From: Octopus sinensis
Taxonomy: Eukaryota
Reading direction: 5' to 3'
DNA: 64,000 bases
Assembly: GCF_006345805.1 (NCBI RefSeq)
Contig: NC_043018.1
Span: 25,854,001-25,918,000, forward strand
Every line of letters starts with the position of its first letter. Position 1 is the first letter of the stretch. Shown here one piece after another: positions 27,928 to 40,711 of the stretch. A model generated the notes under the pieces. It saw only the letters and a list, made by a program, of their open reading frames with translations. It made no database searches and was not told the origin of the DNA. The position numbers and the translations under genes were made by a program.

Positions 27928-27958
<31 letters not shown>

Positions 27959-28509
27959 TTGTGTGTGTATATATATATATATATTATGTATGTATGTATG
28001 TATGTACGTAAGTACGTATACATGTATATATATACTTATGTGTATGGATATATATTTGCGCATGCCTGTGAATGTACACACACACACACATATTATATAT
28101 ATACATACGTGCAAAAATGTGTGTACAACCATGTATTTTTGTTATTGTTATCTATCTATATATCTGCCATTATGTAAATGTATGCACGAATGTGTTTGTG
28201 TATGTGTGTGTGTTGGTGAATGTGTGTGCTTGTGTCTGTGTATGTGTGCGTGTCTCCGCGCGAGTGTGTATGAGTTTGTGCGGGGGGGGGACATTGTGTG
28301 TGTGTGTGTGTGTGTGGCTATATTTATGCTTATGAATACGTAAACATTTGCGCGCCTACTTTTATGAGAAGTGGCCTTCCTGTGTACGTGAGTCCGTGAC
28401 ACAGTTTCGAATCCGGCGTGCGACATTTACATTTCCCGTTGATTGAGTGTATATATATATATATGTATGTATACTTTCACATACATACATTCATAGATTA
28501 ATACATAAA

Positions 28510-28810
28510 CCCCGCCGGTTACGACGACGAGGGTCCCAGCTGATACGATCAACGAACAGCTTGCTCGTGAAATTAAGTGCAAATGGCTGAGCATTCCACA
28601 GACACTTGTACCCTTACGTAGTTATCGGGGATATCAGCGTACACAGAGAGTGACAAGGCTGACCTTGAAATACAGTAACAACTCTTTTTTGCCATCTGAG
28701 TGGACTGGAGCAACGTGAAAAAGTGTCTGCTCAAGGACACAACGCGTCGCCGGGAATCGAACTCACTACCTACGATCATGAGCGATGCCCTAACATAATC
28801 ACGCGCCCTC
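28510..28810 (-). mobile_element. SINE family C, tail variant 2
   Basis: Reverse-complement head gggcgcgtgattatgttagggc...gagttcgattcccggcgacgcgttgtgtccttgagcag; tail ...gggaccctcgtcgtcgtaaccggcgggg, also seen at 40000-40205. Confidence 0.85.
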
Positions 28811-28920
28811 ACATATAATACATTATACTACATATATGCATACATGCATACATATATGCATTTACATACATATACACACACATACACACACACCTGTATA
28901 TATATATATATATACATATT

Positions 28921-29131
28921 CTTTTATTTACTTGTTTGAGCCATGTGACTGAGGCCATGCTGGAGCACCGCCTTTAGTCGAACAAATGAGAGAAAGGACT
29001 TTTTCTTTGTAACCCTAATATTTATTCTATCAGCTCTTTGGCCGAACCGCTAAGTTATGGGGAACATAAATACACCAACATCGGGTGTCAAGCTATGGTG
29101 GGAGAACAAACACAGACTTACACACTTAACT

Positions 29132-29178
<47 letters not shown>

Positions 29179-29343
29179 ATATATATAACATATATACGAC
29201 GGTTTTTTTTCAGTACCTGTGTAACAAATCCACTTCCAAGGCATTAATCGGCCCGAAGCTATAGTAAAAGACACCTGCCGAAGGTGCCACGCAGTGGGAC
29301 TGAGCCCGGAAACATGTGGTTGGGAAGCAAATTTCTTACCACA
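28921..29343 (-). mobile_element. SINE family A
   Basis: Tail ggccatgctggagcaccgcctttagtcg, internal (TA)n, head gcagtgggactgagcccgg. Confidence 0.85.
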
Positions 29344-29524
29344 TACTATGTATGTATGTATATATGTATGTACAACTCGTACATACATATGCACACATAC
29401 TTAATCGCGTTTGTGTGTGTGTGCGCGCGCTTGTTGTGTTTCTGACTGCTCGTGCATGTGTATCTTTGTGTCACATAGAACTAAAACGACAGAGCAAGCG
29501 ATTTTTCCATACGTTCTTTTTTCC

Positions 29525-29735
29525 TCTACTTGTTTCATTCGTTAGACTGCGGCCATGCTGGTGCAGGGTCTTTTAGTCGAACAAGTCAACCTGGGGGCCT
29601 TATTTCTTTAGCCTGATACTTATTCTATCAGTCTCTCTTTACCGAACCGTTAAGTTACGAGGATGTAAACATACTAACACCGGTTGTCGATCGCTGACAG
29701 GTTGGACAAACATAGACACAAAGACATACACACAC
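29525..29735 (-). mobile_element. SINE family A 3' half abutting the mariner relic
   Basis: gactgcggccatgctgg...tacttattctatcagtctc...ccgaaccgttaagttacg. Confidence 0.75.
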
Positions 29736-29742
29736 ATATTCA

Positions 29743-30564
29743 CAGGGTGCGAGGGGACAATTGTCGTCATTTGATATTCTTTTTGATTTTGTCGAAAATA
29801 CAGTATAGCTGGGCACCGTCTGTGAAAAAAACAGCGACATGGTGCAATTCACTCTGCCAGAAATTTGGAAACGACATGCTGTACTCTTTGGCGTTTGTAC
29901 TGGAATCTCCAGTACGAACATTTCAGATTTTTTCGGTGTCAGTCTCAGGACAGTGCAATCGGAGGACACGTACCGAAAGTAATAAAAATCAAACATCCAG
30001 TCAGTTAAGGCGACGTTATACCTCCATTTATCTTCCAAAACAACCTCAGTCTCAAAACGGAAGCCTGCATCAAGTGCCCGGAGGAGGTAGCACTGCCTTG
30101 GGTCAAGAATGTGGATGTTGGAAGAACCTATGTCTCGCAACACCACTCTGCACCATTCCACACAAGCAGGAGAAAGCAGTCATGGCTGTCAGACAATTTC
30201 TCGACGACATCATCCCTAGCATCTGGCTACCTAATTCACAAGATCGCAATCCCCTTGATTATTATGTGTGGGACGTAGTTGAGCGACAACATAACTCCTT
30301 GTTGACCAATATAACTCCTTGTAACAACAAAGATAAACTGAAGGCAAAAATTAAGACACCAACTTTAACAAAGAGACCATCCAGTAGAGTTGCAATAGAT
30401 TCCGAAGTTGTCTGCGACCGAAGTTTAAGCCAATGGCGATTTTATTAACTCCAATATTTCCAGATGTTTTTATGCAATTTTGGTAAATATATCTGTTAAA
30501 ATGAGATGTCAGTGTTATTTTCATTTCTGCATAATTTAGACGACAGTTTATTCACCGTATCATG
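29743..30564 (+). mobile_element. Internally deleted Tc1/mariner-superfamily element (DD37D/maT-like)
   Basis: Degenerate TIRs cagggtgcgaggggacaattgtcgtc and gacgacagtttattcaccgtatcatg. N-terminus MVQFTLPEIWKRHAVL...VSLRTVQ from 29839; catalytic remnant HSAPFHTSRR...WLPNSQDRNPLDYYVW with 37-residue spacing after one frameshift. Confidence 0.85.
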
Positions 30565-30574
30565 CAAATACATG

Positions 30575-30619
<45 letters not shown>

Positions 30620-30721
30620 GCACGCACATATATATATATATGTAATTGGTAGAACTATATACATATTCCATCTCATGCGGACGTCTCGTGTAAAGTTCTT
30701 CAAATTATATTTTGCTATGAC

Positions 30722-30795
30722 GATCACACTGACGAGTTGCGGACATCTACATAAGTAATTACGTAAGTGGTAACAACGAAACCGGGTTTGTGATT
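30722..30795 (+). ncRNA. Candidate minimal type I hammerhead ribozyme in a PLE-like tail
   Basis: gatcaca-CTGACGA-gttg[34 nt]caac-GAAA-C-cgg-GTT-tgtgatt: 7-bp stem I, 4-bp stem II closed by G-C, intact core, GUU triplet. Confidence 0.7.
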
Positions 30796-31350
30796 AATCC
30801 GTATATTTTGTATGTTTTCATTTGTCTTGCTCGCTTACGTTCTAGCGTTTGCTAAATTTTCTTGAGAACATTCCTTTCTTAGTGGTAAGACCATAGGGGG
30901 GCGACTTCTAGCATAATGGATGGTACACTTAGTGGTCATTCCTCTTAAATATATGTAATATAATTTTTCTGAATCTTCAGATTTTCCTACACACACACAC
31001 GCATACACACACACACACATACATACACATACACATGTCTGCATACTCATATACCTGTATGTGTATATGTAGGTATATATGTGCATATATATATATGTGC
31101 ATATATATATATGTGCATATATATATATGTGCAAGAGTGGGCGTGTGTGTGAGTGTGTGCGTCTGTATGTTTAAAGTTTTGTAGAAATATTCAAAAAGTG
31201 CTAGCGTGTCGACGTCTACCATAGTGCGCTGTTACACATATACATGCATACACACACACATACATACATACACATACACACACGAATACTCACAGATGCA
31301 CAAATACATGCACGCACACACACACACACACATACACACACACATATATA

Positions 31351-32184
31351 TTGGGCCATCCCATAAATAATGCGGTATTTTAAAACTTTTATTTTTCAAA
31401 ATGAAGATAAAAAAATTTCTTTTTAATCTAAAATATACTCTCCTTCATTTTCAACAAAGCTCTTCCATCTATCTGGTAGACTTGAAAATTCTCCCAAAAT
31501 TCGCTTGTCCGTGACGAAAAATACTCCTCCAGTACTGTTCTGACCTCGTCTAAAGAATTCATATATTTTCCGTCCAATTGATTTTGAAGACTGCATAATA
31601 AATGTTAATCAGACGGAGCAATGCCCGACGAATATGGTGGGTGGAGCATCGTTTCCCAATCAAACTTCTCCAGCCTTTGGAATACCATCCTCGCTGTATG
31701 TGACCGAGCAGTATCCTGAGGGAAGAACACCTTTCGTCTTGAAACCAAAGATGGTCATTTTCCGATGGCACGCAAAGTGTCAATGAATGGTTGTATGGCC
31801 AAATCCAAGCTTCTCTGCTAGTTCTTCAACGGTTACAATGGGATTTTCTTCCTCCAGGACGTCCTCGTCAAGCTCTATAGACCTTTTAGGACTAGGCTCG
31901 TCTTCTAGGCTGTAGTTTCCGACTCGGAATTCCGTTGCGTTGTTGCCTTTATTGAACTCATAAAGTAAAACATACCGAATATGCTCCTTTGTCACTTACG
32001 TTATAGCTTTGAAAAAGTAACTCTTAAAATCGAACTGCACTCATCATAACTTGCACTAAGAATAAGGACAAGGTAAACTTACAACCTACTTTTATAGGAA
32101 GTTGATGCAGGTAGTTTATCCCGTCCCCCTCCGACTTTTAGTTCATGCAATTGAAAATACTGCGTTATTTATGAGATAACCCAA
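31351..32184 (-). mobile_element. Internally deleted mariner element with 30-bp TIRs and TA TSDs
   Basis: TIRs 31351-31380 and 32155-32184 match at 25 of 30. HTH remnant MTKEHIRYVLLYEFNKGNNATE...SLEDEPS; C-terminal PPYSSGIAPSD*HL (YSPDLAPSDYHLF-like). Confidence 0.9.
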
Positions 32185-32269
32185 TATATACCTATAAATC
32201 TGTATGAGCGCGTGTCTGCGTGGGTCGATATCTGTTAGCTTTCTATTCTTATACACGTACACATGTTCT

Positions 32270-32945
32270 TTTATTCTTTTACTGGTTTCAGCTAAGAGCT
32301 TGGGTGCTGTGTTCCGCCTTTCAGTATTTTGGGGCCTCATTTCGATACAGTTTTTTGTGAAGGAGCGAGCCGCAATGTGGGCTCATTTGGGGTTTCAGAT
32401 AGAAATTGTAGATTTCAGAGATTCCTCGGTCGGATGTTAAACAGTTGTGATCCGCTGAAACCCAAGTGGTTGCAAACTCGGTCCTTATCCGAGACGAAGA
32501 GGACGGTACCTTTGGTATTATGCAGTGCTGTCCAGCTCGGTGATTGGTAGAGCTTTATAATTCCAAAGTTGGGACTTAGACCTTCCATAATCTTGTATAT
32601 CACTGCATATCTTTCACGTCTTCTCTCTAGGGAGTAGAGCTTCATTTCTTGTAGCCTCTCCCAGGAACTCATCTTTTTCACCGAGAGTCAATCGACTTAG
32701 TATAGTGACACTGGATTGCCTCCAGTTTTGTCACCAATTTGATGGTCTGCGGCGACCACAGTTGGGAGCAGTAATCCAGACGATTGAGAACAAATGTCCT
32801 CCATAAGAGTAGCAAAGTATCCTTATTTCTGTTTTAAATGATCAAAAGACTCATCCTGTTACTCGCCTGCACAATGTCGCCATCTTGGTAATATGCACAT
32901 CGAATGTTGCATCACAACTCATGTAAATTCCCAGATCATGCAACG
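32270..32945 (-). mobile_element. CR1/L2-clade LINE 3' fragment
   Basis: DLGIYMSCDATFDVHI...LWRTFVLNRLDYCSQLWSP...LEAIQ...WERLQEMKLYSLERRRERYAVIYKIMEGLSPNFGI; tail aagctcttagctgaaacc. Confidence 0.85.
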
Positions 32946-32979
32946 ATATATATATGTATGTATGTATATATATATATAT

Positions 32980-33718
32980 GTACAAAGAAAGAAATAAGAT
33001 GAAATTTTATAAGACTAAAGGATATATTAGAATCATCATAGCAATAATATCATAATATTATACAAAATAAGATTTTTTTGTCCTCTAACATAATAACCGG
33101 TTTCGTTAACACTTTTCAGCAGAAATTCAAAATTAAATGCAACTGCACCTGTGCCTCTGTAAACCTCATTTATGTAATCAGATGCTCGTGCTACCAGAAA
33201 AAACTATATAGTGTTGGCCGGAATGTCCTTTAGACAAAGATGTACAGTCAGAGGCAACAAGTGTCGTTCCCGCAACATCGCCAGATATATTTCAGTGAAC
33301 ACATTGACAGATATGCAGAACAACTGCAACCACAATTCCTAATCTTCCCATTAAACCAATTTGTTATTTGGACCTCAACCCTAGTGCGACTAAATAAAGA
33401 GGCCTAATTTATTGAAAATATTAGCCAGAACTAAATATAAATCAATATTGAAAATTACAGATTTACTTCCCCTTTACTGAAAAATACCTTGGTTACCAAT
33501 TATCCATCCCACCCCAGCAAACAAAATTTCTCATTCCGAATTGCATCTAACACTCAAAGTTTGAAAAGCGTTAGTGAAACCGGTCATAATGTTAGAGGGA
33601 AAAAAATCTTATTTTGTATAATATTGTATTATACTTTTGCTATGACGATTCTAATGTATCCTTTAGTCTTGTAAAACAAACCTTCTGTGTTTTTTTATCT
33701 TATTTCTTTCATTGTATA
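32980..33718 (+). mobile_element. 5'-truncated Penelope-like element with inverted 5' pLTR copy
   Basis: 32980-33119 is the reverse complement of ~33561-33718 and flanks a GIY-YIG pseudogene; both arms carry GAAACCGGT(C/T). Confidence 0.85.
33126..33440 (+). pseudogene. PLE GIY-YIG endonuclease domain, frameshifted
   Basis: FKIKCNCTCASVNLIYVIRCSCYQK-NYIVLAGMSFRQRCTV...FSEHIDRYAEQLQPQFLIFPL...RLNKEA*FI. Confidence 0.8.
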
Positions 33719-33804
33719 TTTAACCACGGGTAATCACCACCAATGCTTTCTATTTCATAAAACCATCCATTTTATTATCAAATAATAATAATTACATATA
33801 TATA

Positions 33805-33879
<75 letters not shown>

Positions 33880-34529
33880 TATATATATATTATATATACA
33901 CGGCTATTTGGTAAATAGAGATGGGAGATGGAAGATATGAGAAGTTTAGTAATCACTACTAAAGTTTCGACCATTCTAGCATCGATCTTTCATGGGTGGG
34001 ATACTTAACGACTTGGTCAGGAGCAACCGACGGTATAGATGTGTCTCTTTGGGTGATATATAGATAGAACTTGAAAAAAAATAACAGTTCCGCAAGGTAT
34101 CTTCGCAGTTCTTGTAAAGAAAAACAGAAATTAAAGGATATAGTCTCATTTATACAAAAGACCAATAGTAATATAACAGATACAAAAAAGAAATGAACAT
34201 GTGAGGAACCATTGCTAGATGGATCGAAACAATTGTAGTTATTGATAAAACTTCTCGTGTATTCCAACATCCGTCTCTCATTCACCAAATACATAAGAAA
34301 CATTTGAAAGTGACCATGCTTTACTAGTAATCTACCAGGTATAAATAAACCATTCGTTTTATTATCAAATAATAATAATTATATATATATATATATATAT
34401 ATTCTATATATATACGCGTTTCCCCTTGTTATTACATCCATTATATATATACATACATACACTGACAGGGGAGATGACCGCTCCATGCGCATCACTAACA
34501 TCATTAGACTAGACTAGTATTGCTATATA

Positions 34530-34745
34530 ATGGCAACGAGTTGACAGAATTGTTAGCACGGCGAACAAAATGCTTACTATCATTTCCTCTGTTTTCACGT
34601 TCTGAGTTCAAATGCTGCCGACGTCGACTTTGCGTTTCGTCCTTAATACAGGCGATAAAATATTTTCCAGTTAAGTAACGGGGTTGATACTATCGATTGG
34701 CACCCTCCCCAAATATTTCAGGCTTTGTGCCTGTAATACGAAGAG
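34530..34745 (+). mobile_element. SINE family B, degenerate, tail type 2
   Basis: ggcaacgagttgacagaattgttagcacg...gttctgagttcaaat...gtcgactttgc...tttcaggctttgtgcc. Confidence 0.75.
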
Positions 34746-34879
34746 TGATATTTATATACTAATTAAGCTACATATTGTGGACTTTATTGTGTTTTGTTAA
34801 GCATGAGATCCACCGTTCTGCGGAAAAATTGCCTTGCATGAAATTGATCTGTGGTAGACAATACTAAACTTGCATTTTA

Positions 34880-35112
34880 GCGTCATCCACCATCACATCA
34901 ACCGGCTTCCAGGTTTCCGTGGTATATATATTCTCTACCTGGACAGGACGCCGGTTTGTCGCAGGATAACTTTTTTTACCAGCTGAGTGACTGGAGCAAC
35001 GTGAAACGAAGTGTTTTGCTCAAAAACACAACGCGTCGCCTGCTCCCTTGAATCGAAACAACAGTCTTACGATCATGAATCCAACACGTTAACCACTAAA
35101 CCACGCGCCTCC
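34880..35112 (-). mobile_element. SINE family C, tail variant 3
   Basis: Same head and core (ggaggcgcgtggtttagtggtt...gacgcgttgtgtttttgagcaaaacac...ttgctccagtcactcagctgg) with a different tail. Confidence 0.75.
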
Positions 35113-35594
35113 ACAACTTTACTTTTCTTACATCCACCACGTGTTTATTTACATTTGTGACTTGAGTATATATTAGCATTGTACAGCGAATTGACAGAGT
35201 TGTGAGGGGCTTTAAATGAAATACACCAAGGTATTTTCTGAGCTCGAATCTCCCCGAGACTAACACTATTCTTAATTCTTTGTGAGTCGATAAAAACCTA
35301 CTCATCCAGGGCAGTGGAGGGCCCGGGCAGCTAAAGAGTCGGTAAAGATGCCTTGCGATATCTCATCTACCTTTTTTGCGTTCTGACAGCAAACCATACA
35401 GTCACACGGGTGTTCAGCTATACCAGCCGGTGTCGGCGGATTTCTCCTTTGGATAAGTTATCGGAGGCGAATAGAAGGTAGAACTGCACGTACAGGTAAT
35501 TGCCAGTCCTTCCTCAAAATAGTCCTACCAAATCCTTCAGATATTGGTCCAGATCTTTGATCCACATCGATCGACAGAGGTCTACAGCAGTTTG

Positions 35595-36671
35595 TTATAA
35601 ATGAGTATTGCCTTTATCCTTGTGGAGAATTCTGCAGACTATTGATGTATTGTCGATTAACGTTTTCTTATTTAGCTTTCTTTCATTTCCTGTAGTATAA
35701 TTCATTGAAATTGATCCACGTTGTAAGTGTATAGTGAGCCGACGGATGCCTGTAATTTCTTTTATAGCCAATATAACACTTGAAATCTTGACGTTTACAG
35801 CTCTCACGTTTGCAATCAAATTTATAAATCGCATTAATTACAAGTAGCTTTTTTTCCCGGGTATACATGCTTGCGGTTCATTATTGATAAGAAGGTTTTT
35901 AATTCCAGCACTTTCATACTATTTTATGAGTGATAGATTATAGTCTGGTGTTTTGGTTTACGAGCTTTTTAATAATCTGCACCACTATTCTGTAGTTAGT
36001 ACGGATTTCATTCATATAATGCACTTTATGTGTGATTTGTGTAGTTTTAATAGATCTGCTGTCTGCTGTATATGTTACATTGTATTTCTTCTCGTTTGTG
36101 AAGGAGAATCTAAATGCTGTTCTAAGTAGGAATATTACCGCCGACGTTTTAAGAGTCTCTATCATCAGAGAGTGGAAAGTAGCCGTCTATATGTAAGTAC
36201 ATGCATTTATTCGTATCTTTGATGTAAATGGACGTGATGTTTCTGTTCTTTTCTATCAAAATATTTATATCTCAAAATGGAGTCAGTACATTGCTTGCGG
36301 TTCTTTCTTTCGTTTCTTTCCTTCCCTTTGTGTAGCGTTCTGAATGTTCAACTTGGATATGGAGTTGTTTTCAAACTTCTTTGTATAAATTCTCGACATC
36401 TTCCCTTGTGTCCGTTACATAAGCGGTCCCCAACCTTTTTCGCACTACAGCTTGAGGTAACCAGCTCATAAAAAAACACAATGAAATGCATAATATATAA
36501 TTTAATTATTATATGTCTAATTAGACTTATGAGGCCCAACATATGTTTAGGCCCATCAGTCTGGGTCTCTTTAGGTACATATATAAAGATGTCTCACTAG
36601 AGTCTTTTAGTGTCGGCTGGTTTGCTATACGTTAATCGACTTATACTTAATTGTCCAAATCATTATTTATG

Positions 36672-36723
<52 letters not shown>

Positions 36724-37200
36724 GCAATGCATTATATATATAAAAATACAAAATGGGACAAGAACGCAAAACATCCAAATAGACGATACAAAAAACACGG
36801 ACGGGTCATTCGAAGCCTTTAATCTTCAGTCAAGAACCGGATCATCCTCGCAATTTCGGCTGATATATATATATATTTAATGCAGAAACACCCTATACAT
36901 TGCGACAGTCAATAAAATAGAAATAAACTTTTACAATTTTGGGATTTTTTTCTGTGTTTCTTGGTACCAAATGATCCATGGTGCATTAGGTATTAGTCCG
37001 CGGCCCCGAATTTGGAGACCCTGGCATTACACGGCAATAACTTTCGTATAGCAAGCGTATATAGTACGTTATTACCGTGGTATGAATTTATTTTCTATTG
37101 TGAGCATGTGAAACGCGGCAAAATTTGATTCACAAAAGAAAACCAATACACTCCTATATTGGGAAGCATTTCAGCCGAGAATATGCCTACCTCTGTGTAA
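35595..37200 (-). pseudogene. Decayed Penelope-like RT + GIY-YIG coding region, interrupted by a hAT MITE
   Basis: Minus-strand pieces in order: FAAFHMLTIENK / IYACYTKVIAV (YVDD region) / KKFENNSISKL / PF*DINILI...TSIYIKDTNKCMYL / IYKFDCKRESCKRQDFKCYIG / RRLTIHLQRGSI. Confidence 0.7.
36421..37023. mobile_element. hAT-Charlie-like (MER1-type ends) non-autonomous element
   Basis: Ends agcggtccccaacctttttcgcac and gtccgcggccccgaatttggagaccctg; imperfect 8-bp TSD candidate (ccgttaca/gcattaca); contains (ATT)n and a small nested repeat. Confidence 0.65.
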
Positions 37201-37837
37201 ACAAGGAGAAAACTACAAACCAGTCCGGTAAGATCTCTATCAATGACCTGCTTACGTCTTCGGTGCCTGACGTGGAATGCTCTGTATAACTAGGGATCAT
37301 GGAACTTGTAGCCAGGGACGAGTTGCTAGCGAATATAAAACCTGGACTGAAAAACTATGGTTCTCAGAGCGTTTTTGATACAATAAATAGTATATATTAG
37401 CAACAGAGACAGTATTAATACCGAGAGCTAATATTTATCCCTGCTCAAACATGGGTGTTCTCTTAGAACAAAGTATACTGCGATAAATATTCTGAGAGCG
37501 ACTCTCATATTCGCTTTAGGTGCAAAATGCACTCTTGTTTATATCGCTTGTGTGGAGATAGATCCTCGGCATCACCAGCGCCGGGACCACCATAAATAAA
37601 CAGTATTCCTCAATGTTTTTGCTGTACCAGTTACCCAAGACAGCTTTGTGGTTGCTCGGCTGCATGTTTATGAAGATCTGGAGCATTGATGTTAAAAACC
37701 CCAGATCTATTAACTCCAACCAGAATTTTCCTCACCTGTAATACTATTCACCACAGCTACCTAAAATAAAGCCAAGGCCACGGAGTCCTTAACATCGATT
37801 CAAACAGCATTTGAATATCACGTTATATTTCTGTAGC

Positions 37838-38058
37838 TGGCAGAAACGTTAGCATGCCGGGCGAAATGTGTGGCCGTTTTTCGTCTGCCGTTACGTTCTG
37901 AGTTCAAATTCCGCCGAGGTCGACTTTGCCTTTCATCCTTTTGGGGTCGATAAATTAAGTACCAGTTGCGCACTGGGGTCGATGTAATCGACTTAATCCC
38001 TTTGTCTGTCTTTGTTTGTCCTCTCTGTGTTTAGCCCCTTGTGGGTAGTAAAGAAATA
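37838..38058 (+). mobile_element. SINE family B with perfect 14-bp TSD
   Basis: tatatttctgtagc at 37824-37837 and 38059-38072. Confidence 0.92.
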
Positions 38059-39139
38059 TATATTTCTGTAGCATTTACTAACCAGAAAATACTGGGGTGC
38101 ATTCAAAGAAAATATCGAAAGCAAATAGTATTTTGAGAGCCGGAAAGGAGCTCATCGCAAAATATGTCTGATAAAGAAGAGATACACACTTGGAGAGGTT
38201 GCGCAGTTCTAACGCAACAGAACGTCGGGTGTAGGGTTAGCTGCATGTCAGTAAAAGATCGTGCATAGCCATGCTGTTATAAAGCTTTAAAGTGACAGTA
38301 ACATAGATAACCAGAGCAGCCTATCTTAGAGAAAAGCAAAGCCAATATATTAATTGTCAATTTGAAATGACAGTTAATATGTCTTGAGAGAGATGCTTCT
38401 GTAATCTAGAAACAGCAAATAACAACAGAATATGAACGCGCCTAAAAAATCTAAATGTGGCATGTGATGCAGATTCTATGAACTTTTTTTCTTTTTCATG
38501 TATTTATATTTTATTGGAAATGCTAAATTCAGTGTATTGTTTTGTTTAAAGTTCTGATGTACAACATATAGCACACATTCTTGTCAGGAATGTATTTCAG
38601 TCGAATCAATCAACCCCTCCCCCAACTCATTTTTTCTTCTTTTTTTTTTAAGCCTATCACTTATTCGAACTTCTTTACATTGTCTCCATTTCCTGTCATT
38701 CAGACTGCCTCATGGCCCCTACAGACAAAATGAAAAAAGCGTTGCCCCAGAAGATGGCAAAGCAGATGCGCTGAAACATCCACTCTGACTGACGGGGCTT
38801 GCACTAGCGGATAACCATCTCTAACCCGATAGTGGTCAGCAGGGATGTGGTCCGAAGGACCGAGAACGCTGGAAGTCGCCACTGCCACGGGTTCGACCAT
38901 AAAGGTTGTCAGAGAGTGACCGATACCTTGGCAGTTTGCTTTTTCCAGCCTCACGCGGAGCCTGGGCTGATGGCTGAAGACATCAAGTTACCGATGGAAA
39001 CGGTGTCACAGCATGTGAAATCCTAGATGAAAGGACCTCCATCACGGAACTAAAAGTTTGTCTTGAAATTAACTCTGAAAATATCTCTTTGTTATGTAGC
39101 TGTCCAAAAATATTAAGGTACTTTCTGCCAATGTGAAAG

Positions 39140-39390
39140 CGCGTAGCTCTGTGGTTAGAGTATCGGACTCACAATCATAAGGTGATGAGTTCGATTCCCG
39201 GACCGGGCTGCATGTTGTGTTCTTGAGCAAGACTCTTTATTTCACTTTGCTCCAGTTCACTCATCTGTAGAAATGAGTTACGACGTCACTGATGCCAAGC
39301 TGTATCAGCCTTTGCCTTTACATTGAATAACATCTGTGGCGTGGAGACTGGAAGATGGAATGTATGGATGACGGCTGGTCTTCCGTACAA
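39140..39390 (+). mobile_element. SINE family C, tail variant 1, truncated
   Basis: Collinear with 7117-7370. Confidence 0.8.
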
Positions 39391-39499
39391 TTCCTCTTTA
39401 CCAAATTCCACACACAAGGCAATAGTCGGGGCCCGGAGCTAAGACATTTTCCCAAGTTGCTGCTGTGAGTGAGACTGTAACCAAAGCACGTATAGTTGA

Positions 39500-39808
39500 A
39501 CTTATACTTTGTAAGCTTAGTACTTATTCTATCTGTCTCCTTTGCCGAACCGCTAATGATATGGGGGACGTAAACACACCAACATCGGTTTTCAAGCGAT
39601 GGTGGTGGTATAAACACAGACAAAAACACACACATACATATATACACGACAGGCTTCTTTCAGTTTCCGTCTACTAATCCACGCACAAGGCTGTGGTCGG
39701 CCCGAGGCTATAGTAAAAGACACTTGCCCAAAGTGACACGCAGTGGGACTGAACCCGGAACCATGTGCTTGGGAAGTAAGCTTCTTACCACATAACAACG
39801 CCTGCGCT
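39500..39808 (-). mobile_element. SINE family A
   Basis: tacttattctatc...ccgaaccgctaa...aggcttctttcagtttccgtctac...gcagtgggactgaacccgg. Confidence 0.85.
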
Positions 39809-39999
39809 ATATCTGCAGACTTATATCTGTAATTATTCGGTTTCTGGATTCTAGCTCAGCACTTGTCTTGAGAAGCTGCACCTCACATAACCAAAAACAA
39901 GACAGCTACTTCCAAATTACGACTGTTTGCCATTAAGGGGACTGTGAACATATCTGATATATTTTACATGTTTCTGTGCTCTTTTACCACAACTTTCTC

Positions 40000-40205
40000 T
40001 CACTCCTTCTTCCTGTTTCTGTTGAACCTGTATTTCAAAGAACCAGCCTTTTCACCCTCTATATTGCGCTGTATCTGCCCGACAACTACGTTAAGGGAAC
40101 GTGTGTCTGTGGAGTGCTCAGCCACTTGCGCGTTAATTTCACGAGCAGGCTGTTCCGTTGATCGGATCAAACTGGAACCCTTGTCGTCGTAACCGACGGA
40201 GCTCC
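40000..40205 (+). mobile_element. 3' part of SINE family C variant 2
   Basis: gtctgtggagtgctcagccacttgcgcgttaatttcacgagcaggctgttc...cccttgtcgtcgtaaccgacgg. Confidence 0.75.
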
Positions 40206-40238
40206 ACGATATATATATGTGTATGTATGTGTGTGTGT

Positions 40239-40287
<49 letters not shown>

Positions 40288-40331
40288 CGTATTACTTGTT
40301 TCATTAATTAGACTGTGACCATATAGATATG

Positions 40332-40620
40332 AGTGAGCATGACTTGTGGACAGGGATTTGGACTCACGATCGAGAGACCGTGGTTTCAATTCCTAGACCG
40401 GGTGGTGGGTTGTGTTCTTGAGCAAAAACGCTTCATCTCACTTTGCTCTGCGACCACTTCGACACCTGGCATGTGCTACACGGTGCACCTGTTCAGGCAA
40501 CGCGATTTGATGGAGAGATTGTGAAGTAATATGCGGCAAGTACATAAATGTATCATTTGTGCAGGCCTTTCAGCAAAAGCTGAACGCTATTACGTCGACT
40601 TCGACGGGAGATTCAGTCAT
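40332..40620 (+). mobile_element. Degenerate tRNA-headed SINE (C/D-like head, distinct body)
   Basis: ggactcacgatcg...ggtttcaattcctagaccggg...tgtgttcttgagcaaaa. Confidence 0.6.
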
Positions 40621-40655
<35 letters not shown>

Positions 40656-40656
40656 G

Positions 40657-40687
<31 letters not shown>

Positions 40688-40711
40688 TGTGTGTACGTGT
40701 GTGTACATACA

